From Eubacteriales bacterium (GTDB lineage Bacteria; Bacillota; Clostridia; Oscillospirales; CAG-382): a DNA stretch of 64,000 bases. This document shows positions 16,944 through 26,130 of the stretch, one piece after another. The stretch is from assembly GCA_045600105.1 (NCBI GenBank), contig JAZRXG010000049.1, positions 304-64,303 of the forward strand, written 5' to 3'. The notes beneath the pieces were generated by a model. It was not told where the DNA came from. It made no database searches and was given only the letters and a program-made list of their open reading frames with translations. Numbering within the stretch: position 1 is the first letter of the stretch; every line of letters starts with the position of its first letter. Made by a program: the position numbers and the translations under genes.

Positions 16944-19159
16944 TACTCTATATCCTCATCATAAATGAACGTGACTTCCATAATAGTGCCCACGGTGACT
17001 TCCGTGCCCGGTTCTATCGACTGGGAAAGCACGAAGCAGTTGTCGTATTCTTTGTTATAAACGCCTTCGACGATAACGTTGAGGTTGTTGTCGGTGATCC
17101 ATTTGAAGACCTGTTCGGGGGACATCTTGTTGAGGTTTCTTATCTTGACCTGCTGTTTTTCCATGCCGGATTCGGTATAGAGGATGACGGTGCCTTTTTC
17201 GGATATCGTGGTGCCGACTCTGGGAAGCTGGTCGACGACCTTACTGCCGTTGCCCTTGATGACGCATTTGATGCCCTTGCTTTCGATGTCGTATTTCGCT
17301 CTGTCAACGTCGGCGGTGATGTAGTCGCTGACCTTGTATTCCTTGAGAGCACCGTCGTGGGACGGATATATTTCAAGATAAGGGAGAACTTCGGAAAGCA
17401 CGTTTGCGACTACCGGAGCGGCGCACTGGCTGCCGTAGTATTTTCCGCCGGTAGGCTCGTCAACCACGATGAGTATGGCGATCTCGGGGTCTTCGGTGGG
17501 AGCGAACGAAACGCAGCTTGCGATGTAGTATTCTTCGTCGGGGAGCGCGTCTTTTCTGCCGAGCTTCTGGGACGTACCCGTTTTGGACGAAATATTATAA
17601 CCCGAAACGGACGCGTTTTTTGTCGAATTTTTGAGTGCGTCGAGAACCTGCTTCGCGGTGGAGGCGCTTATTACTGCGCGTTTCGACGAAAACTCTGTGC
17701 TTTCGGTGTAGTTGCCGTTGGGATCGACGAAGCCTTTGATAAGGTGAGGCGTCGTAAGATAACCGCCGTTGGCGATGCAGGAGACCGCCGCGATATGCTG
17801 CAGCATGGTGATGGACATAGACTGTCCGAACGCGCAGTTCGCGAGGTCGAGCTGATTCGCGAGGCTTTCGTAATATATGCTTCTCGCTTCGCCGAGTACG
17901 TCGGAACCCGTCTTGTCGGTATAGCCGAAGGCGTCGAAATATTTCATGAACATATCTCCGCCGATGTCAAGACCCATCTGAACGAACGCGGGGTTGCACG
18001 AATTGACGAGCGCCTGGGTGACCGTCTGATCGCCGTGCACGTTTCCGGTGTGGCAATGGATGGGAACGCCGAGAACGTTATAGACGCCGCTGCAGGTATA
18101 ATGCGAATCAAGCGTGAAAACGCCCTCTTCGATGCCTATGGCGGTGGTGATTATCTTGAAAGTGGAGCCCGGCTCGTAAAGCTCGGTCGCGACTTTGTTC
18201 TTCCACATTTCAAAGAGCAATTCGTTTTCGTAATTCTTCTTTTCTTCGTCGGTGCCCTCGAACGCTTCGTATTTTTCGAGATATTCGCCGGTGAGATGAC
18301 CGTAGGTGTTGAGGTCGAATTCATCGATGCTTGCCATCGCGAGTATTTCGCCGGTGTCGACCTGCAGCACGATGCCTCTCGCACCGAAGGTCGGTTTGTG
18401 TTCTTCGACCGCGTCCATGAGGTATTTGGTGAGTATCGACTGTATCGTTTTGTCGATGGTAAGCACGGCACTGTCGCCGTCCTTGGAGTCGATGTAGCTT
18501 TCGTACTGGAACGGGAGCTCGTTGCCCTGCCCGTCCTGACCCTGGATCGCTTTGCCGTTGATGCCGCTGAGGATGTCCTCGTAGGTCTTTTCGATGCCGT
18601 AAAGTCCCTTGTTTTCGCCGCCGACGAAGCCGATGATATGGCAGGCGAGGCTGTCGTAGGGATAATAGCGCTTGGTGGATTCTTCAAGGCATACCTGACG
18701 GTAGAGGTCGTTCTTTTCGATAAATTCGCGAACCGCGTTTTCTTCGCTTTCTTCGACGTTTTTCTTGATTATCTGATATTTCGAGTATTTTCTGCCGGCT
18801 CTTTCAAGAACGTCGGCTTTGTCGGCGCCGAGTATTCTCGCGAGCCCCGACGCGATAAGCTCCGCCTGAGCGTCGTCAACGATGTCGTACGGAGAAATAA
18901 AGACCGTCTGCACCGTGGAGCTCGTGGCGATTATTTTCATATTGCGGTCGTATATGTTTCCGCGTTTCGCGTATATGGTCAGTTCGGACGTATACTGATC
19001 GAGTGCGGCGTTTCTGTTGCTTTCGGCATCGATGAGCTGTAGGTCGGCAAGGCGGTATACGAGCGCACAAAGACATAGCAAGAGAAGCGTCATAACAACG
19101 CATCCTCTTGCTATTGTTGATTTTCCTGTTGTTTTGTTGAATGTATTATTCCTGTTCAA
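16943..19159 (-). CDS. class B penicillin-binding protein (FtsI/SpoVD/PBP2B type) with two C-terminal PASTA-like repeats
   Basis: SxxK (GSTFK), SxN (NSCN), KTG (SKTGTS); N-terminal membrane anchor; 738 aa. Confidence 0.9.
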   Translation of the reverse strand: MNRNNTFNKTTGKSTIARGCVVMTLLLLCLCALVYRLADLQLIDAESNRNAALDQYTSELTIYAKRGNIYDRNMKIIATSSTVQTVFISPYDIVDDAQAELIASGLARILGADKADVLERAGRKYSKYQIIKKNVEESEENAVREFIEKNDLYRQVCLEESTKRYYPYDSLACHIIGFVGGENKGLYGIEKTYEDILSGINGKAIQGQDGQGNELPFQYESYIDSKDGDSAVLTIDKTIQSILTKYLMDAVEEHKPTFGARGIVLQVDTGEILAMASIDEFDLNTYGHLTGEYLEKYEAFEGTDEEKKNYENELLFEMWKNKVATELYEPGSTFKIITTAIGIEEGVFTLDSHYTCSGVYNVLGVPIHCHTGNVHGDQTVTQALVNSCNPAFVQMGLDIGGDMFMKYFDAFGYTDKTGSDVLGEARSIYYESLANQLDLANCAFGQSMSITMLQHIAAVSCIANGGYLTTPHLIKGFVDPNGNYTESTEFSSKRAVISASTAKQVLDALKNSTKNASVSGYNISSKTGTSQKLGRKDALPDEEYYIASCVSFAPTEDPEIAILIVVDEPTGGKYYGSQCAAPVVANVLSEVLPYLEIYPSHDGALKEYKVSDYITADVDRAKYDIESKGIKCVIKGNGSKVVDQLPRVGTTISEKGTVILYTESGMEKQQVKIRNLNKMSPEQVFKWITDNNLNVIVEGVYNKEYDNCFVLSQSIEPGTEVTVGTIMEVTFIYDEDIE

Positions 19160-19225
19160 TTCCGACTCTCCCGACGATCGCCTTTCTTCCCTGCATTATA
19201 CTGCGTCAAAGGCGATAATATGTTA

Positions 19226-19735
19226 TCAATCGATGAAATTCTTGAAAACTTCGCCGAAGCCGCTGAGGAGAATACCGATACCGGATCTGTCGGAATCGTA
19301 TTTGTAAGTCGTTCCGCGGTCTTCGGGGAGCGCGGTGATATTTATGCGGGTGAGTCCGCCGGACTTGACCATGTCAAGCTCGTTCACGGCGTATTCTTCA
19401 AAGTCAACGAGGTCGTTCTTTTTGTCAAGTCTCTGTCCAAGCTTGACGGCGCTCTTCTGAAGCTCGGTGAGCTCGTCGCGGAGCTCGGCAATGTCACTGT
19501 TGTAATTGTCGATCTCGGCATAGTTCATTACCACGAACACGAGAAGGAGCGTGATGGTAACGACGGCGAAAAGAGCCCCTATGGAAATAGGAGTTTTGGG
19601 CTTTCTTTTGCTGTTGACGACGGTGACGCGGGTGGAAAGCGCGTTATCTTTTTTGGCGACGGCAAGTGCTTTATTCTGAGCGTTTGTCTCTTTTTTCGAC
19701 GCTGCATTTACGTTTTTTTCTGTTGTCTTTTTCAT
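19226..19735 (-). CDS. ftsL: FtsL-like cell division protein (single TM plus coiled coil)
   Basis: Located between rsmH and pbp. Basic N-terminus, one TM helix, then a heptad-like region (IAELRDELTELQKSAVKL). Confidence 0.65.
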   Translation of the reverse strand: MKKTTEKNVNAASKKETNAQNKALAVAKKDNALSTRVTVVNSKRKPKTPISIGALFAVVTITLLLVFVVMNYAEIDNYNSDIAELRDELTELQKSAVKLGQRLDKKNDLVDFEEYAVNELDMVKSGGLTRINITALPEDRGTTYKYDSDRSGIGILLSGFGEVFKNFID

Positions 19736-19770
19736 GTTCGTCCCTCTTTTCGATCATGTGCGGAAGTCTT

Positions 19771-20697
19771 TCAGAGTTTTTCCGCTATCCTTAGCTTAGC
19801 CGAATGTGAACGGCTGTTTTCTTCATTTTCCTTTTCAGAGCAGGTGACGGCCTTTCTGGTCAGCACCTTCACCACGGGTTTCTTTCCGCATACGCAGACG
19901 GGAAAGTTCTTGGGGCATTCGCAGGGGTTTTCGAGCTTTGCGAGCGTTGTCTTCGCTATTCTGTCTTCAAGCGAGTGGAACGTGATTATCGCGAGTCTTC
20001 CGCCGGGATTCAGCATATCGGCGGCGGTCCTGAAGGCATCCTCGAGGCAGTCAAGTTCTCCGTTCACGTATATGCGGAGCGCCTGAAAGCATCTTTTGGC
20101 GGGGTTGCCTTCTTTTTTATAAAACGCGGGGCAGGCGGAAGCGATGAGTGACGCAAGCTCCGACGTCGTTTCTATTTGCTTGGTTTCGCGGTAAGCGACT
20201 ATTTTTGCCGCTATCTTTTTTGAATACTTCTCTTCGCCGTATCTGAAAAATATGTCGGCAAGGTCGTATTCCGACATCGAATTTACCACGTCTTCGGCGG
20301 TCTCGCCCTTGGTGGTATCGAATCTCATGTCGAGCTTCGCGTCGCGTATATACGAGAATCCGCGTTCGGCGGTATCGATCTGATATGAGGAAACGCCGAG
20401 GTCGAACAGAACTCCGTCGACTTTTTCGAATCCGTATTCCGCGGCTGCCGTCCTCATTTCCTTGAAGTTGCCGTGCCACAGAAGAAGCCGAGGGTCCTTG
20501 ACCGTTTCCCTTGCGTTCGCGAGAGCGTCGTTATCGAGGTCAATGCCTATCACCCTGCCGTTTTCATTAAGCAGAGATAAGATCCTTTTGGTGTGACCGC
20601 ATCCGCCGAGGGTGCAGTCGATGTATACGCCGTCGGGTCTGACGTTGAGCCCTTCGAGCGTTTCGTCGGCCATGACCGAATAATGTCTGAATTCCAT
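19771..20697 (-). CDS. rsmH: 16S rRNA (cytosine1402-N4)-methyltransferase RsmH
   Basis: DCTLGGCGH and DLGVSSYQ motifs; 308 aa; starts 1 nt after the mraZ stop. Confidence 0.95.
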   Translation of the reverse strand: MEFRHYSVMADETLEGLNVRPDGVYIDCTLGGCGHTKRILSLLNENGRVIGIDLDNDALANARETVKDPRLLLWHGNFKEMRTAAAEYGFEKVDGVLFDLGVSSYQIDTAERGFSYIRDAKLDMRFDTTKGETAEDVVNSMSEYDLADIFFRYGEEKYSKKIAAKIVAYRETKQIETTSELASLIASACPAFYKKEGNPAKRCFQALRIYVNGELDCLEDAFRTAADMLNPGGRLAIITFHSLEDRIAKTTLAKLENPCECPKNFPVCVCGKKPVVKVLTRKAVTCSEKENEENSRSHSAKLRIAEKL

Positions 20698-20698
20698 A

Positions 20699-21118
20699 TC
20701 AGAATCCGCAGCTTATGAGGTCGTTCGTGACGTCCTCGGAGGTCATGAATTCCTGCTCGCTCTCCCAGACGGAGGCAGCCCATATCTCGATGTGGTTGTC
20801 GTTGCCGATTATGACGACGTCTTTTTCGAGAGAGGCGAACTGTTTGTAGGCGGGCGTGACGGTGATGCGTCCCTGAGCGTCGAGCACTCCGTCGACAGTT
20901 CCGGCGAAGAAGTAACGTCTCGCTCTTCTCTGGCTCGTTTCGGGAAGCGATTTGATCTTCTGCGCGAATTCTTCCCATTCGCCGAGCGGATAAATGTTGA
21001 CGCATTTGTCGAAGCCTTTGCATATCTTGAACTCGTCGCCGAGCAATTCGCGAAGCTTGGCAGGTACGGAGACACGGCCCTTGCTGTCCATGCTGTACCA
21101 ATATTCGCCTGTAAACAT
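20699..21118 (-). CDS. mraZ: division/cell wall cluster transcriptional regulator MraZ
   Basis: Two SpoVT/AbrB-like halves (DSKGRVSVP and DAQGRITV); 139 aa. Confidence 0.95.
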   Translation of the reverse strand: MFTGEYWYSMDSKGRVSVPAKLRELLGDEFKICKGFDKCVNIYPLGEWEEFAQKIKSLPETSQRRARRYFFAGTVDGVLDAQGRITVTPAYKQFASLEKDVVIIGNDNHIEIWAASVWESEQEFMTSEDVTNDLISCGF

Positions 21119-21227
21119 TGCCGTCTCCCCTTTCCTTAAAAATTATCGCAAGATCGCGTTTCGCTGTTTGGTTTTCTTTGCCCGACCTTGGTCTTGATTG
21201 TCGATTTTTGGGCGGCTGCCCGATTTT

Positions 21228-21303
21228 GTGGGAAAATTTGGAGTATTTTGCCACAATTCCCCACCGATAGGTCTATTATAATATAAGATTTCTCAAAATG
21301 CAA
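21228..21303 (-). promoter_or_regulatory. putative Pmra promoter with MraZ-box-like GTGG(G/C) repeats
   Basis: On the minus strand, TTGCAT (21298-21303), a 17 nt spacer, then TATAAT (21275-21280). Downstream are GTGGG (21260-21264) and GTGGC (21250-21254), 10 nt apart start to start, plus an inverted CCCAC (21228-21232). Confidence 0.5.
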
Positions 21304-21349
21304 TACCTTTTTAAGAATTTTTTCAAATAATTATGTATACTCAGTAAAC

Positions 21350-21384
21350 AAAAAAAGCCCCGTGTTCCCGTTATGGGAGCGCGG
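21350..21384 (-). terminator. possible terminator after the M23 peptidase gene
   Basis: On the minus strand, a CCGCGCTCCC-ATAAC-GGGAACACGG stem (8 of 10 paired) followed by GGCTTTTTTTG. Confidence 0.4.
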
Positions 21385-21410
21385 AGCGTTTTGCCATATC
21401 TTTTCAGTTT

Positions 21411-22520
21411 TTATTTATCGTCGAGAGGATATTCGTCGTAGCCGATGAGGTAGTCGGCAGGGTCAACGCAGTCGGTGTATTCCCCGTCGCTGCCCGGTAC
21501 GCGTATCTCAAAATGAATGTGCGCGCCATAGCTGTTGCCGGAGTTTCCGATGCGGCCTATGACGTCGCCCTGTTTCACGTAGTCGCCTACCTTGACGAGT
21601 ATCTTGCTCTGATGTCCGTAGTAAGTACGCAGACCGTTTGAATGTTCGATGACGACGTAATAGCCGTAGCTGCTGCCGTAGCCCGCAAACACGACCTTGC
21701 CGCTGCCCGCGGCGTGGATGTCGTCGCCGAAGCAGTCCGCGCGTTCTATCTTTCCGGTGCTGTTGTACTTCTGACGGTTGATCCCCGCGATATCGATGCC
21801 GCGGTGATTGGTGTATCCCATCAGATACCGTCCGCCGAACTGCGAAGTGATGCGTCCGTCGTACGGGAAGATGAATATCTGAGTTGACTTTTTATACTTC
21901 GTACCCTGCTCGATGACCTTGTCGACGGGGTAGGAAATGACTTTTTCGCCCGTTTTTTCGGTTTCGATCAGCTCGCCGTCGCGGTAAACGACGCGGTATA
22001 TCTCTTCGTTGACGCCGTCACTTCCGTTGGACCTGACTTTTTCGTATCCGATATATTCGTTTGCGTTATCGACATATTTCGTGGAGAACGGCACGCTGAC
22101 GCGCTTGACGCTCGTTGAATACACGTTGATCGAAAGCCGCGGCAAAGCGTTTTTTTCGCTCACAAGGAGCTCGTCCTCGGTCATCGTGACGTCATAAATG
22201 TCGTAAGTGCTGATTATATCGTAGCCGTCGTATTCGTCGTATTCGGCGCTGACCTGTCTGTAAGCGGCGTTCTCGACCGCCACCACCGCGTCATCAGCCG
22301 TGGGATAATAGCCGATGAATCCGCCGTCTACCGAAAGCGAAACGCAGTCGCGCCAAACGATCTCGGGCTCTTTGACTATCATTGCCGAATAATCGTTTTC
22401 GGGTACTTTCCCCGTGTTCTTCGGGGCATTTGAAGGAAGCATTGACGATACGGCAAAAGACGCCGCGAGAATACCGACGCACAATAACGTGCTGCCGCCC
22501 CTGCCGATCGACATCGCCAT
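21411..22520 (-). CDS. M23 family metallopeptidase with a G5-like domain
   Basis: HRGIDIAG and GNSGNSYGAHIHFEI M23 motifs. N-terminal signal/anchor. The central RVVYRDGELIETEKTGEKVISYPVDKVIEQGTKY resembles a G5 domain. Confidence 0.85.
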   Translation of the reverse strand: MAMSIGRGGSTLLCVGILAASFAVSSMLPSNAPKNTGKVPENDYSAMIVKEPEIVWRDCVSLSVDGGFIGYYPTADDAVVAVENAAYRQVSAEYDEYDGYDIISTYDIYDVTMTEDELLVSEKNALPRLSINVYSTSVKRVSVPFSTKYVDNANEYIGYEKVRSNGSDGVNEEIYRVVYRDGELIETEKTGEKVISYPVDKVIEQGTKYKKSTQIFIFPYDGRITSQFGGRYLMGYTNHRGIDIAGINRQKYNSTGKIERADCFGDDIHAAGSGKVVFAGYGSSYGYYVVIEHSNGLRTYYGHQSKILVKVGDYVKQGDVIGRIGNSGNSYGAHIHFEIRVPGSDGEYTDCVDPADYLIGYDEYPLDDK

Positions 22521-22637
22521 ATACCCCCTTATACTTTTCAGATGACATATTATGTTAACATAAAATCAAACGGATTTCAAGTACTTTTGAAAAATTTTAT
22601 CATTTTCGGCTTTTTTGAGTTTTTTTTGCCTAAACGG

Positions 22638-22666
22638 TTGAATTTTTGAAAGCAATGATTTATAAT
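22638..22666 (+). promoter_or_regulatory. putative sigma-A promoter of ilvE
   Basis: TTGAAT (22638-22643), a 17 nt spacer, then TATAAT (22661-22666), about 50 nt upstream of the start codon. Confidence 0.55.
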
Positions 22667-22714
22667 AAGTTAAATATTTTTATTGCACCATCAACAAATT
22701 CGGAGGTATTATCA

Positions 22715-23782
22715 ATGGAAATCAAAATCACCAGAACCACCGCTCCCAAAGCAAAGCCCACCGACACTTCCAAGCTCGGTTTCGGCAAAATTTTCACCGA
22801 CCATATGTTCGTATGCGACTATTCCGAAGACAAAGGCTGGCACGACGCGAGGATCGAGCCGTTCCACGATATAGCCCTTTCTCCTGCCTGCATGGTTTTC
22901 CACTATGCTCAGGAAATGTTCGAAGGACTCAAAGCTTACCGCGCTGCCGACGGCAGGGTTCTGCTTTTCCGCCCCGACAAGAACATCGAAAGAATGAACA
23001 ACACCAACGAACGTATGTGCATCCCTTATGTTGATCCCGATTTCGCTCTCGAAGCGATCAAGACCATCGTTAAGGTCGATGAGGACTGGATCCCCTCCGC
23101 TCCCAACACTTCCCTTTACATCCGTCCGTTCATCATCGCCACCGACCCGTTCCTCGGCGTTCATCCCTCTCACACCTACAAATTCATCATCATCCTTTCT
23201 CCGTCGGGATCCTACTACGCCGCGGGCCTCAATCCCGTCAAGATCGCCGTTGAAGACGAATACGTCAGAGCGGTCAGAGGCGGCACCGGCTTTGCGAAAG
23301 TCGGCGGAAACTACGCCGCTTCCCTCATCGGTCAAAAGAAAGCCGAAGAAAGCGGATACGCTCAGGTCCTCTGGCTTGACGGTATCTACCACAAATACAT
23401 CGACGAAGTCGGCGCGATGAACGTCTTCTTCAAGATCAACGGCGAGATCGTTACCCCGAGCCTTGAAGGCAACATCCTTCCCGGCGTTACCAGACGTTCC
23501 GCCATCGAGCTCCTCAGAGCCGAAGGCTACACCGTTACCGAACGCCGCGTTTCCATCGACGAAGTTTGGGAAGCTTCCCAGAACGGCACTCTTGAAGAAA
23601 TGTTCGGCACCGGCACCGCAGCCGTCGTTTCTCCCGTAGGCGAGCTCTATTGGGGCGACAGGAAGATGACCATCAACAATTTCGAGATCGGCGAGGTTTC
23701 CGGCAAGCTCTACAACGATCTTACTTCCATTCAGTGGGGCAAAGTCGAAGACAAATTCGGCTGGACTGTGGAGATCAAATAA
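22715..23782 (+). CDS. ilvE: branched-chain amino acid aminotransferase
   Basis: Class IV aminotransferase pattern (FEGLKAYR, GTGFAKVGGNYAASL). Start moved to ATG 22715, with GGAGG at 22702-22706. Confidence 0.93.
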   Translation: MEIKITRTTAPKAKPTDTSKLGFGKIFTDHMFVCDYSEDKGWHDARIEPFHDIALSPACMVFHYAQEMFEGLKAYRAADGRVLLFRPDKNIERMNNTNERMCIPYVDPDFALEAIKTIVKVDEDWIPSAPNTSLYIRPFIIATDPFLGVHPSHTYKFIIILSPSGSYYAAGLNPVKIAVEDEYVRAVRGGTGFAKVGGNYAASLIGQKKAEESGYAQVLWLDGIYHKYIDEVGAMNVFFKINGEIVTPSLEGNILPGVTRRSAIELLRAEGYTVTERRVSIDEVWEASQNGTLEEMFGTGTAAVVSPVGELYWGDRKMTINNFEIGEVSGKLYNDLTSIQWGKVEDKFGWTVEIK

Positions 23783-23797
23783 AAGCGGAGACTCAGA

Positions 23798-24946
23798 ATG
23801 GATCGTACGGAAAACACAAAGCGCGGCTTTTTCACAAGGCTGCGTGACCGCGGCGTTTTCAAGCCGTTTTATGTGACCTTATACGTCCTTTTCGGGCTCA
23901 GTCTCCTGGTTTACATAATCTCGCGTTTCTCTTCCCCGTTCGCGGAATTCTGGGCACGTTATCCCGGAAACGGCATAAGATATATTCTGTCGCTTCTCAC
24001 GACGTGGATTCCGTTTTCGCTCGCGGAATGTCTCATCGTTCTTATCCCGCTGTTTTTGTTCGCGGTCATCGCTTATACGGTCAGAGCGTGCAGGCGCAAA
24101 AGCGCCGAAAGCGCGAACCGCGTCGTGATGACGCTGCTGTCGCTCATCCTCTTTATTCTCACGACGTTCTTTTCGGCGTTCGCGCCTTCGTATTTCCGCT
24201 ATCCGCTTACGCAGAACATCGGGCTCACAGACGCGCCCGTATCGGGTGAAGCGCTGTACGAGACGGCTGTCTGGCTTTCTTTGCAGCTCGACGGCGTTCT
24301 CCCGGACGTTTCGTTTGCCGAAAGCGGCGAATCGCATCTGCCGATGACCTACGACGGACTTTGTGACGAGATCAACGACGCCTACGCAAGCCTCGCGCGT
24401 GATTACGACGTGATCCCCTCGTACCGTTCACGACCGAAACCCGTCGCGCTTTCGGAATACATGACCTACACTCACATTTCCGGTGTCTACACGTTTTTCA
24501 CCGGCGAAGCGAACGTCAACATCAACTACCCCGATTTTATTCTTCCCTACACGATGGCTCACGAGATGGCGCATCAGCGCGGTATCGCAAAAGAGGACGA
24601 AGCCAACTTCGTTGCTTTTCTCGTCTGCATACACAGCGATGAGCCATATATCGTTTACAGCGGCTATCTCAACGTGCTGCGTGAAGTCATGTCGGCACTG
24701 AACAAGTCCGACAAGGATTTGTACAAGCAGTTCGTCCGCGAGTATTACCCCGGCGTCATCGCGAACGAGATGTCGGCATATTCGCGTTTCTTTGACAAGT
24801 ACCGCGAATCGACCGCGGCAAAGGTCGTTTCCGCCACCAACAACGCTTACCTCACGTCGCAGAACGTGAAGGCGGGCGAAAAGAGTTACGGACTTGTGAC
24901 CGACCTCACCGTGGCATACTATTACACAAACGTCAAAGACAAATAA
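23798..24946 (+). CDS. membrane-anchored zinc-metalloprotease-like protein (DUF3810-like)
   Basis: N-terminal TM helices and a HEMAHQRG (HExxH) motif. The DUF3810 assignment is from memory of that family's architecture. Confidence 0.7.
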   Translation: MDRTENTKRGFFTRLRDRGVFKPFYVTLYVLFGLSLLVYIISRFSSPFAEFWARYPGNGIRYILSLLTTWIPFSLAECLIVLIPLFLFAVIAYTVRACRRKSAESANRVVMTLLSLILFILTTFFSAFAPSYFRYPLTQNIGLTDAPVSGEALYETAVWLSLQLDGVLPDVSFAESGESHLPMTYDGLCDEINDAYASLARDYDVIPSYRSRPKPVALSEYMTYTHISGVYTFFTGEANVNINYPDFILPYTMAHEMAHQRGIAKEDEANFVAFLVCIHSDEPYIVYSGYLNVLREVMSALNKSDKDLYKQFVREYYPGVIANEMSAYSRFFDKYRESTAAKVVSATNNAYLTSQNVKAGEKSYGLVTDLTVAYYYTNVKDK

Positions 24947-24966
24947 TGTCAAAGGCAAAAAATCCA

Positions 24967-25001
24967 GAAGCCTTCGCTTTAACGCGAAGGCTTCATTATT
25001 T
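24967..25001 (+). terminator. intrinsic terminator after the DUF3810-like gene
   Basis: 11 bp stem GAAGCCTTCGC/GCGAAGGCTTC (24967-24994) followed by ATTATTT. Confidence 0.65.
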
Positions 25002-25033
25002 AGATCATACCATCCGTAGTCATCAAAGGCATT

Positions 25034-25064
25034 AAAAAGGCACTCCAAGCGGAGTGCCTTTTTT
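25034..25064. terminator. bidirectional intrinsic terminator; ends the 12.6 kb minus-strand operon
   Basis: AAAAAGGCACTCC-AAGC-GGAGTGCCTTTTTT, 20 nt past the stop at 25084. Confidence 0.8.
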
Positions 25065-25083
25065 GATGAATTGTCGCTTTGTA

Positions 25084-26118
25084 TCAGCCGGTGATACCGC
25101 TGCGTTCGACGCCTTCGATGAGGGTTCTCTGAGCGAAGAGGTAAACGATAACGAGCGGGAGAAGGATCAGCAAGCCGCAGGTATTGCGGATAGCCGTTTC
25201 GTACAAGGTCTTTGCAGCGTATTCGGTATCGAGCGATTTCGGGATCGCAACGATATTCGGCAGAAGCTTGATCTTGTTGGTATCCTTGAAGAAGAGGCTG
25301 GTGTAGAAGGTATCGGTCCACTGCCACGAGAACGCGAACATGAAGATCGTTACCATCATAGGAACGGACATCGGAATGATTATTCTGACGAAGGTCTTGA
25401 AAACGCCTGCGCCGTCAACGTATGCGGCTTCTTCGAGTTCATCGGGAACGCCCTTGTAGTACTGACGCATAATGAAGATGAACAGACCGTTCTTGAATGC
25501 AAGACCGCAGAACGAAAGGATTCCGAGAGGCCAGTAGGTGTCAAGCAGGTTGGCGATCGCCGGAGTTGCCTCCGTGGACCCGAACAGCTTGGCAATGCCG
25601 CCGTAAATTCCCCAGATATCGAAATATCTGAATTTCATGAAGAGAGACATCTGAATCGACTGATGAGGGATTATCATGGTGATGATAACGAAGATAAAGA
25701 TGGTCTTCTTGAACTTGAAATTGAATTTGGCGAAGCCGTAACCGACTACGGACGCAATGAGCATCTGAACAACACCGCAGAGCACGGAAAGCGTGGTGGT
25801 GTTGAAAAGCGCCTGCCAATAGTGGTTGTCGTTGATGATCGCCTTGTAGGTATCGAGCGTAGGATAACGCGGGATAAGGTGGACGGATACGTCAACGAAG
25901 TCATCACGGCTCATGAACGAACCGGAGATCTTGGAAATGTACGGGAAGATGATGACGTAGGAAATACCTATGAGAAGTACCAGACGGAAGATGGTCCAAA
26001 GAACCTTTCCGAGGAAGTAGGTCGTAAGGTATTTATAACGCATCTTGACCCAAAACGGGGTCTTTTCGTCAAAGACGAGCATAGAGGGATCGCTTTTTTT
26101 GCTGTATGTTTTATCCAT
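25084..26118 (-). CDS. carbohydrate ABC transporter permease (MalG-like), pair 2
   Basis: EAA loop EAAYVDGAGVFKTFVRIIIP; six or more TM helices; 344 aa with an N-terminal extension. Confidence 0.9.
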   Translation of the reverse strand: MDKTYSKKSDPSMLVFDEKTPFWVKMRYKYLTTYFLGKVLWTIFRLVLLIGISYVIIFPYISKISGSFMSRDDFVDVSVHLIPRYPTLDTYKAIINDNHYWQALFNTTTLSVLCGVVQMLIASVVGYGFAKFNFKFKKTIFIFVIITMIIPHQSIQMSLFMKFRYFDIWGIYGGIAKLFGSTEATPAIANLLDTYWPLGILSFCGLAFKNGLFIFIMRQYYKGVPDELEEAAYVDGAGVFKTFVRIIIPMSVPMMVTIFMFAFSWQWTDTFYTSLFFKDTNKIKLLPNIVAIPKSLDTEYAAKTLYETAIRNTCGLLILLPLVIVYLFAQRTLIEGVERSGITG

Positions 26119-26130
26119 TGTATTCCCTCC

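Noticed and set aside
17357-19042. 561 aa + ORF. Similar cases are 12146-12940, 14722-15600 and 15681-16775 (+) inside the dcw cluster
   Set aside because: They are antisense to pbp, murG, mraY and murF, all of which carry diagnostic motifs.
22521-22714. Possible T-box or other leader riboswitch upstream of ilvE
   Set aside because: The predicted leader is only about 50 nt, with no specifier or antiterminator-like stems. That is too short for a T-box.
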